Assembly: GCF_030684315.1 (NCBI RefSeq)
Contig: NC_081379.1
Span: forward strand, 45,465,404 to 45,529,403
From: Stegostoma tigrinum
Lineage: Eukaryota
DNA length: 64,000 nt
Reading direction: 5' to 3'
Shown here: piece by piece, positions 1 through 11,444 of the stretch
Layout of the letters: each line of letters starts with the position of its first letter
How positions within the stretch are numbered: the first letter of the stretch is position 1
Notes under the pieces: generated by a model
What the model was told of the DNA's origin: nothing
Databases searched by the model: none
The model's input: only the letters and a program-made list of their open reading frames with translations
Made by a program: the position numbers and the translations under genes

Positions 1-790
1 AGAATAGAATAGCAATTTATTATCTTGTATATTTTTACAAAAAACGTGTAGAGCTATATAAATCGCCATACCTAAATTATTGACAGAAGTCATAAGTTAG
101 AAAGAAGAGGAGTAAAAGTTTGTCACAGTTTAATTAATGGCTCCTGGGTTTGGGGTACGCTGGAAAACCAGACCAAAACTGTTACGCATGGCTGGGCCAA
201 GGCTGCTCCACTACACCATGATGAGACCTCCAAGTAGGGACTAGACCTCCAAACTGGGCCGTTGGAAGACTTGGAAGCTGGCTCTGAGGCAAGGAGGAAA
301 TCTCCACGCCAAAAACAGAAATCCATGCGAGGACTACACCTTCACACTGGGCTACTGGAATGCCCAGAAACTGCCTTCAAAGCAATGATGAGACCTCTGT
401 GCTGGGATTAGACCTTCATGACAGGCTGCTGGAATTTACCGAAGCTGCCGAAGAAGGCCTCCATAACAGGATGAGACCTCTACACCAGGAGAAGAATACC
501 ATGCCAGGCCAAGACCAACCCTCCTGGACAAGACCGCCACACTGCAAGACCACACTGACAGGCCTATCCACCATTTTGGGCCATTGAAAACCACCTCAAT
601 ACGGGGCCTGCTACGGGAGAAGACACCTTCTGCCAAATTTGTTAAAAGAAGGTGACGTACGATAATAACTGGAAAGATTAAAAAGAGCATTTAAAGAAAA
701 GAAAGGTAAAGCGAACGGAGTAAATGAGATCCAGGCTCCTGGGCTGAGGAGCTCACATGTTGCACTGCCACTATGCCACCATCTGGAAAC
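1..790 (-). mobile_element. Degenerate non-LTR-type element remnant with internal decayed repeats
   Basis: (AGAAT)n and TTTATT at the window start read as an AATAAA plus (ATTCT)n tail on the minus strand; GCCACCATCT at ~775-784; recurring GATGAGACCTC and GGA(C/T)TA(G/C)ACCT motifs at 220-480. Confidence 0.35.
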
Positions 791-1597
791 TCATAGAACT
801 GAAAGGACAGGTGGTGAATGGCTGCTGAGTCAGGATGAGTGCAGGTGGATGCTTACCAACAAAATACCACTTCCACCTAATTGGGCGCCACTTACTTTAA
901 TCTCTTTTGCCTTACCTTCTAGTGAAAGAAGATTTGACAATGAAAGATTCTGAATAGTGAGGTTTCACCATCAAAGTAAAGTTGGAGAATATCACCATTC
1001 AACCACAATATCTTGAAATTTTAGAGCTGTATTTTCAATCTTAGGGCAAAGAAGTGAGTGAAGATAACAGAGAACACATTCACTTATTTATAAGATTCAC
1101 TCAACAACAGCAAAGAACCAATAATAATTTTTGTTGCTTTCACTGGAGGAGGATTCACAGCAAGCATTGTTGGGACTACATCTCGAGTCATGCAAAATAT
1201 TCTGAATGAAAAGACAAGTTAAGAGAAGCTTATCCAGTGACTTCAGCTCATTTCTTTCCATCATGTGGAAAGAATTTATTTGGCTGTGATGCTAGGAACC
1301 TCAAGAGGTGGCTGAGATGGTTTATGCACGCTGAACTTCTGGCTGCAGTTTGTTGCAAATGTATCAGTGTTATAATTTTGCACTGATTTTCTGAGCTCCC
1401 CCATTATTGAGAATGGAAATACTGGTAGTCTCCTCCTGCAGTGAGTTGTTTCTTGTCCACAAGCCTTCATGACTATATGTGCCAGGGATGCAAAGCTTAG
1501 ATTGAGCTTTTGGTTGTGGAATTGCTTAACCCTGCCTATGACTTCCTGCTAGTACAATATGGCACAAAGGTCCTGCGTTGTACTTTCATCAGATTAT

Positions 1598-1893
1598 TTC
1601 ATAGAATCCCCACAGTGTGGGAACAGGCTGTTTGGCCCAAAAACGTCCACACCAACCCTCAGAGAATCCCACCCAGACCCATCCCCCATAATCTACACAT
1701 CCCTGAAGGCTATTGGCAAGGCCCATTCACCTAGTCTGCACATCTTTGGACTGTGGGAGGAAACAAGCACCCTGAGGAAACCCATGCAGATACAGGGAGA
1801 ACGTGCAAACTCCACATAGATATTTGCCGAAGGATGGAGTTGAACCTGGGTCCCTGGCACTGTGAGTCAGCAGTGCTAACTGCTGAGCCACCA
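1598..1893 (-). mobile_element. HE1/V-SINE-type tRNA-derived SINE
   Basis: Reverse complement has GGTGGCTCAGCAGTTAGCACTGCTGACTCACAG (A box), GGTTCAACTCC (B box), the core GGAGTTTGCACGTTCTCCCTGT and a CR1-like tail. Confidence 0.9.
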
Positions 1894-2194
1894 GATTGAT
1901 GCATCATTTTTAGCACACTATTATGGTGGGTTGGCAAGAACCCCAGTGTTAGTACATGGCCAGAAAGTGACCTACCAGTTAATGAATGCAGAGGCTATAA
2001 CACATTATTATCCATTGTGAGCTATGTTCATATTAGTTCCAGTCTTGTTGTGTTCCTTGATAGTGTTGTCATCTGTCCTGACATATGATATGACAACTTA
2101 CTTAACAGTGGATATTTTAGCAAACAAGATAAATCAATGTGAAATTGCAACAAATTTTGGAAGGATTATTAAGCTCTTATGATTTATAGATTAT

Positions 2195-2282
2195 CTTCTA
2201 ATCAACCTGTTCAGAAATGATATCTTTGGAGCAGGTAGGACTTGAACCTGGCTGTCTAGAACCCTGCAACTATGCCACAAAT
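2195..2282 (-). mobile_element. Short tRNA-derived SINE head (same family as 18378, 56830, 59205)
   Basis: Reverse complement has GGTTCAAGTCCTACCTGCTCCA...CTGAACAGGTTGATTAGAA, shared with the other copies in the window. Confidence 0.6.
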
Positions 2283-2819
2283 CCTTATTTTTTGTAAAAG
2301 ATCACATGCTGTTACACTCTGCACATTTTAATCAGGAAATCACAATTTTAACCAGTGCTACCGAGATAAGCAATAATCATACTCATCACTGCCAAGTGGT
2401 GAAATTAGCAAAGCAAAAGTCCCAATCTAATTCCTGCTGTTCTAGCACTGCACTTTGAGAGGTGTGATGTGGAGGAGAGAATCAGCTACTGGGTTTTGAT
2501 GAATCATTGGGTTTGTTGCCAAATTAGGTAATTCAGCTTTGAAAGTTTTGTTTTCAAAGCCTGTTTAAATGTATTCTTTTGTCTTTGTTTGTATCTGCTT
2601 TTACTGACTGCTTATTTCTGACATTCTTGGATGATACTTGATTCTCCCTGGCTCACTCACGACATCAACTGTAGGTATAAAACTAACAAATTAAAGAGAT
2701 CAAGTGACCACAGCAAAGACAGTGCATGGATTTTACTACGAAACCATTTTGAATGCAGTATAGTTTAAATCACCCAATGCTGTCATCACAAAACAACCTG
2801 AAGCAGGTGAGGACCTAAG

Positions 2820-3260
2820 AAATAGGTGCAGAAATAGGATTGAAGACTCATTTCATTCAGTAAGATAAAGGCTGATTTTTGATCCCAGCTCTATTTCCTG
2901 CCAAATCCCCCTATGTCCCTGGTCATCTTTAGATTTGAAAAGTTGGTGATACTGAATGTCTAAACATCTGTCGTCTTCAAGGATAGAAAGTATCAAAGTT
3001 TCACCACTACCTGAATGAAGAAATTTCTACTCACCTCAGCCCTAAAAGTCCAAACCCTTGAGTCTAATCCTCTCTTGTGTGGACTGTCAGCCAGGAAACA
3101 ATCTCTCAGTAACTCCACTATCAAGCTATCTAAGTATGTTATATGTTTTAATGAGATCGCCTGTCATCTCCTTAACATAGAAAGTATAGACCCACTTGAC
3201 TCAATATCTTCTCATAGGACAAGTCTTTCATCGCATGAATCAATCTAGTGAATCTTTTCA
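2820..3260 (-). mobile_element. Old CR1 LINE 3' fragment
   Basis: Degenerate similarity to the CR1 3' region at 18935-19400 (e.g. gaagaaatttctactcacctc). Confidence 0.55.
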
Positions 3261-3339
3261 CACAAATGTGTGCAGGTTTAGTTGGACACAATTCATTCCT
3301 TAATGATGAATACCTTCTGGGAATTCAAAGATGTGGACC

Positions 3340-3830
3340 ATCAACATAAACAGTCTGATTTTCTCTTAGTAGAGATGCTCATTACCTGCTACTTGTGCAA
3401 AAATCATTTACCAGCCTGAACATGAATGTGGCCCAAGGTTCACTACAAGAGGTTATAAACTGCTTTACTGTCTGAGGAGTTGTAAATGAAAATGAAAACT
3501 GTGCAATCATAAGTGAACATCCCTACTTCTGACCTTACTTTGTAAATAAAATTATTAATGAACCATCAGAAGCTAGTTTTCCCTAGGAAACAACTCTTAG
3601 GAACCCCTGCTGCAATGTCCTAGGTCTAGAATGATTGACTTCTAACAACGACAACCATTTTCCGATGTGCTAAGTATGAATCCATAATTAGAGCAGTTTT
3701 TCACAACTACTACTGCCTTCTGTTTTGCTTGAGTTCCCTGATGCCACTTTGTTGATGTTTGAGAATAGACTTGTGGGTAGAATTGAATAAATTAGATTGT
3801 TCCTGCTTATTGTAAATAAGAGAAAACCTG
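3340..3830 (-). mobile_element. Old LINE RT fragment (family B, CR1/L2 group)
   Basis: aacatccctacttctgacctta...ggaacccctgctgcaatgtcctagg is similar to 18290-18700 and 28815-28980. Confidence 0.6.
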
Positions 3831-4499
3831 CACCAAAGCCACTGTTCAATTCACCAGGCCCACATCATTCCACTGCCATCAATCTCTTTCCTTGTTAAGT
3901 TCTGCAGAAGTATGTTATGTTTCAAAGACAACATCTCTCGTCCCTTAACATAGACTGTACAGACCCAAACACCTTGTGGTGTTGTCTGGAGAAGAGGCTG
4001 GGCAGAGTTATTGGCCTCAATATTAACAGTGAGGCAAAAAACAAAACTCTGGAGAACCTGATTGTGAGTAATAATTCTTTATATTTTTAGGAAGCCCTGC
4101 CTCTGATAATGTGAGGACATGATGGTACAGAAGCAACATCAATTGGGTAAGTGACTGTTAACTGCTATTCCACCTGCTTTCCTCCTGGCAGTGACAGTTA
4201 AAATCAGGGCTGTTGAGATGAACCGTATTGGGAAATTATATTAACACTAGTAGAGTGTCAGTTTTTTGGCATCAATTTGGAAAAGACTACCTTGTAAACC
4301 ATCCTCCCAATTGCTTCAGACTGAAATAACCAGAATACAAATAGCATTGTCATGACATGCCCAAGAAATACTTGTGAAGTATAGTTGCTGTTGTGATCTA
4401 GGTATCACACCAGCGAATTGTGCACAAGTTTTGATAAAAGGAAATATTTTAATCACTGAGCAATCTGTTTTAACAATGTTAATTCAAGAATCAATATTA

Positions 4500-4825
4500 G
4501 CTTGGGTACCAGGGAGAATTCCCTGCTCTTCTTTGGAATAGTACCATCTTTTGCCATCATCTGAGTTTTAAATGTCTTTGACACAGAGTACTGTTTTGGT
4601 ACTAAGAATTACTTATCTTCATATTACACCTTTCTTGCCCTTAAGCCTTCCCAAAATGCTTTGCGCTCAATGTCTTGTATTATTATAACTGTTGTCCTGT
4701 AGGACATGGCAGACACTGAGGTGAATCTGGCTATCTGCCTAGATTTTATTTCTAAAGTCTCTGGAGTGGGACTTGAACCAGTATCTTACTGACAGAGATG
4801 GGATTGCTACCTACCAAGCCAGACC
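4500..4825 (-). mobile_element. Deu-domain (SacSINE1-like) SINE remnant
   Basis: cctagatttt...aagtctctggagtgggacttgaacc head and gggagaattccctgctcttc...gaatagt segment. Confidence 0.6.
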
Positions 4826-5994
4826 TGCGCCTTCATAATCCATATAATCACTGTTTTCAATCTTTAACTGAAAATAAATCACAAGGGACATAACGGATAT
4901 TTGTAATTGTAATTATTTAATGATAACATGGAATTTTAAAAGAAGTTCAGATGATAAGAGTGTGATAAGGATTTCAGTTGTACAGCATTATGCTATTTAT
5001 TACATTGTTAATAGGAAAGCAGATACAGAGTTTCCACGCTCTTCTGTTCTTCATGGATAAGCCACTCATTCTTTCTTTGTTGACAAGGTTCTTTTTGTAA
5101 CTCCTGGGATGGACTGAACTGTTGATCATCACAATATGTTGGTCTTCTACACTGCTGGGTATTTATGCCCCCACTTCCCCAGACTGCAAAGTAATATGGT
5201 ATAGGTTTGGATCAGTAGTGAGAAATCAATTTCCCAAAATCCACACACACCTCTCTATTGTTGTTGTTTAAGAAAGGGTCATGTCTACTTCATATCAATC
5301 TTCCTGCTTACTTAACTTGACATTAGAAGCATTTTTATATTGTTTCACTTTGGATTTCAGAAGCTAGGATCAATGAGTCACTGATAGCAGTAACACACTG
5401 CGATCTATTTTCTGAACCTTGGTGCCAGGTCTCTGAACCCAAATTGCTGCTGAGCTGCAGAAAGCGGAGGGCCAAGTAGGGGTTCACTGAATCCAAACTA
5501 CACAAATCTACTGAACTGACACAAAATTATTAGATTCACTTCAAGACGGAAGGACTTAGCAGGTATGGGGAGTTCAGAACTGTCACACTGATGGTCCATA
5601 TGGAATGAGGCTAGTGCTGAACCAGTTTGCTGGAGACAGGTTAAAGTGAAGAAAAGGAGTTACACCAGACTTAAACTCAGTTTCTCTCTCCACAGATGCT
5701 ACCAGACCTGCTGAGTTCAGCAGCACTTCCTGTTTTTATTAAAGCAAACTTCATTCTGCTCCTGGTTGAGCTGCATGTAGACCTGGGAATGCTTAATGGC
5801 AACACTTGGATAGAAGTGCATTTCTTAGTCAGAACTCTAGTCTATTATGAACGGATCGAGAGTCACAAAAGTATTGCCAGCAGCCATGAGCTAATTGAAT
5901 GGTACAGCACACACGAGGGACTGGATGGCCAACCCATGTTGTCATCATAATAAGCGTTAAAACATGTGCCTTGAAATGACTATTGACAATATTT

Positions 5995-6530
5995 TCAGAT
6001 GAGTCACTAAAATATCCTTGGGATCTTCATATGCTTGCTATTTTAACACGTGTTTGCTTTACATTTCACTTGAATTCCTTTGTGCTTTCTGCTAATCGGT
6101 GACTCAAAGATGCACAAAGCCTAGCCCCTGCCGCGATGAACCTTCGGTCGGCAACATGTAAAGTGACGCCGAGTGGCTGGCCGCTGATCTGGAAAGCTCG
6201 GCTTTTTTTTACCTTTGCGGCAGTGCCTGAGACTCTGTCCATGGTGCTGAGCAACGGTGCTATCTGATGCTGACTGTTTTACTGCTTTGATTTAGGCTCG
6301 TGGTTTACAGATGGATGTCAGCTTGTTTCCAAAGTGCCTCTCTATTCTGTCACACTGTCAGTCTCTGGGGAGAAAATTGCAGTTAATGTTTATTACAAAA
6401 TTACAGTTCAGCGCAATAATTGATGGCAAATGCTGCTCACAGCTGAGGTCCATGTTCGGAGAAAACGATTGCTGCTTGGATCGATTTTTTTTATGTTGTT
6501 CGTTTACAGGCTACAGGCGTGGCTGACAAT
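5995..6530. promoter_or_regulatory. Candidate enhancer or promoter (CpG-enriched, AP-1 and E-box sites)
   Basis: TGAGTCA 6000-6006, CACGTG 6047-6052, TGACTCA 6100-6106; 11 CpGs in ~165 bp (6095-6260) against a CpG-poor background. Confidence 0.4.
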
Positions 6531-6547
6531 GCCAAAATTTGTTACTC

Positions 6548-6705
6548 CAAACTAAAACAGAAATTGCTGGAAAAGCTCTGCAGGTCTGGCAGTATCTGTG
6601 GAGAGAAATCAGAGTTAACGCTTCGGGTCCAGAACTGATGCTGCCAGACCTGCTGACATTTTTGAGTAATTTTTGTTTTTGTTTCTGATTTCCAGCATTC
6701 TCCGG
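6548..6705. mobile_element. PLE-derived fold-back (inverted terminal segment)
   Basis: aaaacagaaattgctggaaaagctctgcaggtctggcagtatc is the inverted counterpart of gatgctgccagacctgctgacatttttgagtaatttttgtttt. Confidence 0.65.
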
Positions 6706-6719
6706 TTCTTTTTTTAAAA

Positions 6720-7672
6720 ATTTATTTTGTTATTCCTAATTGTCCTTGAAAAGGTGGCAATTGCTGAAACCCAGGTTGTGTAGGAACACTCATAACGCTG
6801 CTGGGAAGGAAATTCCAAGATTTTGACGACAGAGTGAAGGGTCATCGATGCAGTTCCAACTCAGGACGGTGTGTGGGTTTTTGGTGGGGTTGGGTCGGGG
6901 AGTGCGCGGCTTGGAGTTGGCGGTGTCCCCAAATATCTGATGCCTTTGTGCGTGTATGTGGTCGAGTTCACGAATTTAAGAAGTGCTGTTGAAGGAGCCA
7001 GAACCAGTTTCTACAGTATTACAGAATCACAGAGTTACTGTCATTTGGCTTACAGTGCCTGCACCGGCTTATTAAACGAAGACATGTACAGTGCACATTG
7101 CAAACGGTGGGCATTTCCTGCTACTGTGTAGTGATGTTGGAGAGAGTGAATGTTTGAAGTGATGGACTAGATACAGATCGAGTGAGCTACTTTGTCCTGA
7201 ATGGTGTTGAGACTCCTGGAGTGTTGCTGGAGCTGCACTCATCCAGGCAAGTGGACAGTATTCCATCACACTCCTGATTTGTGCCTTGAAAATTGGTAAA
7301 ATGCGTTGGGAATCCGGAAGTGAGTTGTTGCTGCAGAATTCCCAGCCTCTGACTTGCTGTTGTAGCGATGGTATTTATATGTCTGGTCCAGTCATTTTCT
7401 AGCCAATGGCAATGCCCCAGACTGTTGACAGTAGGGAATTCAGTAATGGTCATGCTGTTGAATGTCATAGGGCGATGGTCAGATTGTCCCTGATTGGAGA
7501 TTGCCAAGTCATGGTATTTAATACATCTGCATGTTATTTACCGCTTATCAGTCCAAACCTCGATTTTATCCAGGCCTCGTCACGTGGGAATGGACAGCTT
7601 CAGTTTCTGAGGAGTTGTGAATAGTAGTGAACAGAGTGCAGATATTAGTGAACAACTCCATTTCTGAGCTGA
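6720..7672 (-). mobile_element. Family B LINE (CR1/L2 group), 3' part of RT and 3' UTR
   Basis: Peptides NWTRHINTIATTASQRLGIL and MEYCPLAWMSAAPATL; homologous to 54700-55470 and 57225-58045. Confidence 0.8.
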
Positions 7673-7714
7673 CTGTTTTAGCCGTTTCACAAACAAATTG
7701 CTCAGACCTTTAGA

Positions 7715-8296
7715 TGTAGGAGTTGGAATGTAATGCTGAAGTTATGCAGGACATTGGTGAGGCCTCTTCTGGAGTACTGTGTTTAATTCTGGTCACCTTA
7801 TTGTAGGAAGGATACTATTAAACTAAAAACAGTTCGGAAAAAATTTACCGGGATGTTGCTGGGAATGGTGCCTTTGAGATATATAAACAGTCTGGAAAGA
7901 CTGGGATATTTTTCATGGAGTGCAGGAGGCTGAGGTTGTTGAACTTTATAAAATGATGACGGGCAAAGATAATATGAATGACAAAGGTATTTTCTCTAGG
8001 GTGGAAAGTTCAAAACTAAGGGGCATAATCTTTAGGATGAGAGGAGAAAGATTTAAAAAGGACTCAAGATTGCAGAGAGTGGTTCATACATAGAATGAAC
8101 TGCCAGAGAAAGTTATGGATGCAGGTACAGTTACAATATTTAAAACACATTTGGACAAGTTCACGAATAGGAAAGGTTTGGAAGGATATGGGCCAAGAGC
8201 AGGCAGGTGGGACTAGTTTAGTTTGGGAACATGTTCACTATGGTCCAGTTGAACTGAAGGATCTGTTTCCGTGCTGTATGACTCTATAACTCTATG
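7715..8296 (+). mobile_element. CR1 LINE 3' fragment
   Basis: Encodes TLVRPLLEYCV and RMLLGM; 3' end ctgtttccgtgctgtatgactctataactctatg. Confidence 0.85.
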
Positions 8297-10030
8297 TAGA
8301 GTAGCCAGGTCCATTATTTGGGAAACTCTGCTGTATTTTATCAAACTAGCCTTAGGATCCTAACTGCATCAGATTTGCCTGCCCACAATTATTGAAATGG
8401 TGATCACTGACTGTCAAAATCAGCATTCATCTGAAAATCTCAGTGGTGGGTTTGTGGTGACAGCCATTAGTAACATCGGCAATGGTGTTTTCTACAATTT
8501 TAATAATTGCAATAAATTCTGCACACCCTATTTGTATGTTTGTGGCGGAATTGTGCACTTTTGCACCTGATGCAACCACCCTGCCTGCCCGGGACAGCCT
8601 GCTACACTGGAGTTGACCATCTGTGTTTAATATAATCTACACCATTCATCCGGACTGTGACAGGGTCAGTGCTCTGTTGGAGCATCATCCCATGTTATAG
8701 TCAGGCTTTCTATTTTGTCATGCTGTTGAAAGCTCAAGTAACCTATTGCCCCCCTTGTCCACAGGCCAGGATAAGTTTTCTCTACTCTACCACTTGAGCT
8801 TTTTCATGAATGAGATATGATTAATTGCTAATTTGGAAATTGTACATTTGTGGGTGTTATTGGTCAAATGTATTTTCCCATTTAATTGGTCTCACCTGTT
8901 GGGATTAGAGCCAGCAGCAACTGCAAATGTAAGCTCAATAAGTACAGATGATGAATTTCATTAATAAGTAACCTCCAACGATAGATGAAAAATTTCATAA
9001 TTGAAGCTATATAGAATGCTCACTAGCATAAAATAACAAAGTAATATTTACACTTGATGCAAAATATATCAAATTTAAATTTTTTTCAAACTGTTTTACC
9101 AACTGTGCTAAGCATTAGTAGTCTACAGATTTTAACTTGTGGAATTCATGCTGTTGCCATGAACAGCTCCTCCCATAGCACCCAGCATTACCTTATTTCC
9201 TCCCTCCTATATTTACTTGTATCAGAGGTGAATATCTTAATTATTTGCTTGCTTTCTTCCTAGATTTTTTTTCATACTGTGCTCAACTTAGATGCTATTT
9301 AACCCATGTATATTATCAGGTTCAGGGCAACGATTGATTCCCTGGAATGTTCTTACTGAAGTTGTCAGACCACACACATGCACCGTTGAAACAGACATCA
9401 AAAACAGGTAACACCTTTTGTTTATGAATGTAGCATCGGACTCTGGTGTTGTTTTTAGCTCAATGATAGAAACTCTCACCTCTGAGTTAGGATATTGAGC
9501 AAAAATGCGTGTTAGCCTCAGGGTTCTTGGTCACCAGTTGGATACACAGTGAGACTCCCCACACTACCCCATTTACTGGGAGGCTGCTAGTATTACAAGC
9601 CAAGCAGGGTGGGGGTTGAGGTGTGGTGCGGTGTTGCCCCATCTTCTGAGAGTCACTGGCTAATCAGAGGCTGGCAGCTATTTGAATGCCAGTGCCACTG
9701 GGGAGACAGCACCTCCTTTTAGAACAACAAAGATCTATGGCATAGACCCCAGACTACAGGTGAGTAGCTTCAGTAGTTGGGATGCAGTGTTCTGCCATGG
9801 GGGAGGAATATGTAGGGATGTTGGCAGCAGGGGTAGGAGAGTTGCTCTCAGACGGTCCCCTCTGTCCAATGCAAGATCCCATGAATAGCCATCAAGTGCC
9901 TTTGAACATGGATCCCTTACTGGGAGTTGACAAGTAAACACATCAGGCTCACTTGTAAAGCACGTTGCATGCAAGCACCATGTATACAGCAGGATTAACA
10001 ATAGCAGAGGCATGATGAAGCCCTTACACC

Positions 10031-11444
10031 CTAATCTGCAGGGAGCACTGGGCGAGTGGAGCAGCAGCACAGAGTGGGTATAAAACTAACTGAGCCTGGG
10101 GACCAAGGCCTAGTCTGCAGGGAGCAGTGGGCGAGTGGAGCAGCAGCACAGAGTGGGTATAAAACTAACTGAGCTTGGGGACCAAGGCCTAGTCTGCAGG
10201 GAGCAGTGGGCGAGTGGAGCAGCAGCACAGAGTGGGTATAAAACTAACTGAGCCCGGGGACCAAGGCCTAGTCTGCAGGGAGCAGTGGGCGAGTGGAGCA
10301 GCAGCACAGAGTGGGTATAAAACTAACTGAGCCCGGGGACCAAGGCCTAGTGTGCAGGGAGCAGTGGGCGAGTGGAGCAGCAGCACAGAGTGGGTATAAA
10401 ACTAACTGAGCTTGGGGACCAAGGCCTAGTCTGCAGGGAGCAGTGGGCAAGTGGAGCAGCAGCACAGAGTGGGTATAAAACTAACTGAGCCCGGGGACCA
10501 AGGCCTAGTCTGCAGGGAGCAGTGGGCGAGTGGAGCAGCAGCACAGAGTGGGTATAAAACTAACTGAGCCCGGGGACCAAGGCCTAGTCTGCAGGGAGCA
10601 GTGGGCGAGTGGAGCAGCAGCACAGAGTGGGTATAAAACTAACTGAGCCCGGGGACCAAGGCCTAGTCTGCAGGGAGCAGTGGGCGAGTGGAGCAGCAGC
10701 ACAGAGTGGGTATAAAACTAACTGAGCCCGGGGACCAAGGCCTAGTCTGCAGGGAGCAGTGGGCGAGTGGAGCAGCAGCACAGAGTGGGTATAAAACTAA
10801 CTGAGCCCGGGGACCAAGGCCTAGTCTGCAGGGAGCAGTGGGCGAGTGGAGCAGCAGCACAGAGTGGGTATAAAACTAACTGAGCCCGGGGACCAAGGCC
10901 TAGTCTGCAGGGAGCAGTGGGCGAGTGGAGCAGCAGCACAGAGTGGGTATAAAACTAACTGAGCCCGGGGACCAAGGCCTAGTCTGCAGGGAGCAGTGGG
11001 CGAGTGGAGCAGCAGCACAGAGTGGGTATAAAACTAACTGAGCCCGGGGACCAAGGCCTAGTCTGCAGGGAGCAGTGGGCGAGTGGAGCAGCAGCACAGA
11101 GTGGGTATAAAACTAACTGAGCCCGGGGACCAAGGCCTAGTCTGCAGGGAGCAGTGGGCGAGTGGAGCAGCAGCACAGAGTGGGTATAAAACTAACTGAG
11201 CCCGGGGACCAAGGCCTAGTCTGCAGGGAGCAGTGGGCGAGTGGAGCAGCAGCACAGAGTGGGTATAAAACTAACTGAGCTTGGGGACCAAGGCCTAGTC
11301 TGCAGGGAGCAGTGGGCGAGTGGAGCAGCAGCACAGAGTGGGTATAAAACTAACTGAGCTTGGGGACCAAGGCCTAGTCTGCAGGGAGCAGTGGGCGAGT
11401 GGAGCAGCAGCACAGAGTGGGTATAAAACTAACTGAGCCCGGGG
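10031..11444 (+). repeat. 79-bp tandem array, ~18 copies, near-identical
   Basis: Unit CTAGTCTGCAGGGAGCAGTGGGCGAGTGGAGCAGCAGCACAGAGTGGGTATAAAACTAACTGAGCCCGGGGACCAAGGC starting at 10031, 10110 ... 11374. Confidence 0.98.

Noticed and set aside
6130-6212. Box C/D snoRNA or Pol III gene (GCGATGA...CTGA...T8)
   Set aside because: The C box is imperfect, the span is short, there is no terminal stem and there are no A/B boxes.
10031-11444. CRISPR array, or a series of 65-aa genes on the minus strand
   Set aside because: There are no unique spacers and no cas genes, and the context is vertebrate. The repeated ORFs are an artefact of a 79-bp period that is not a multiple of 3.
10031-11444. Ribozyme-containing satellite or retrozyme
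   Set aside because: No CUGANGA...GAAA core or HDV-like nested pseudoknot was evident on either strand of the unit.
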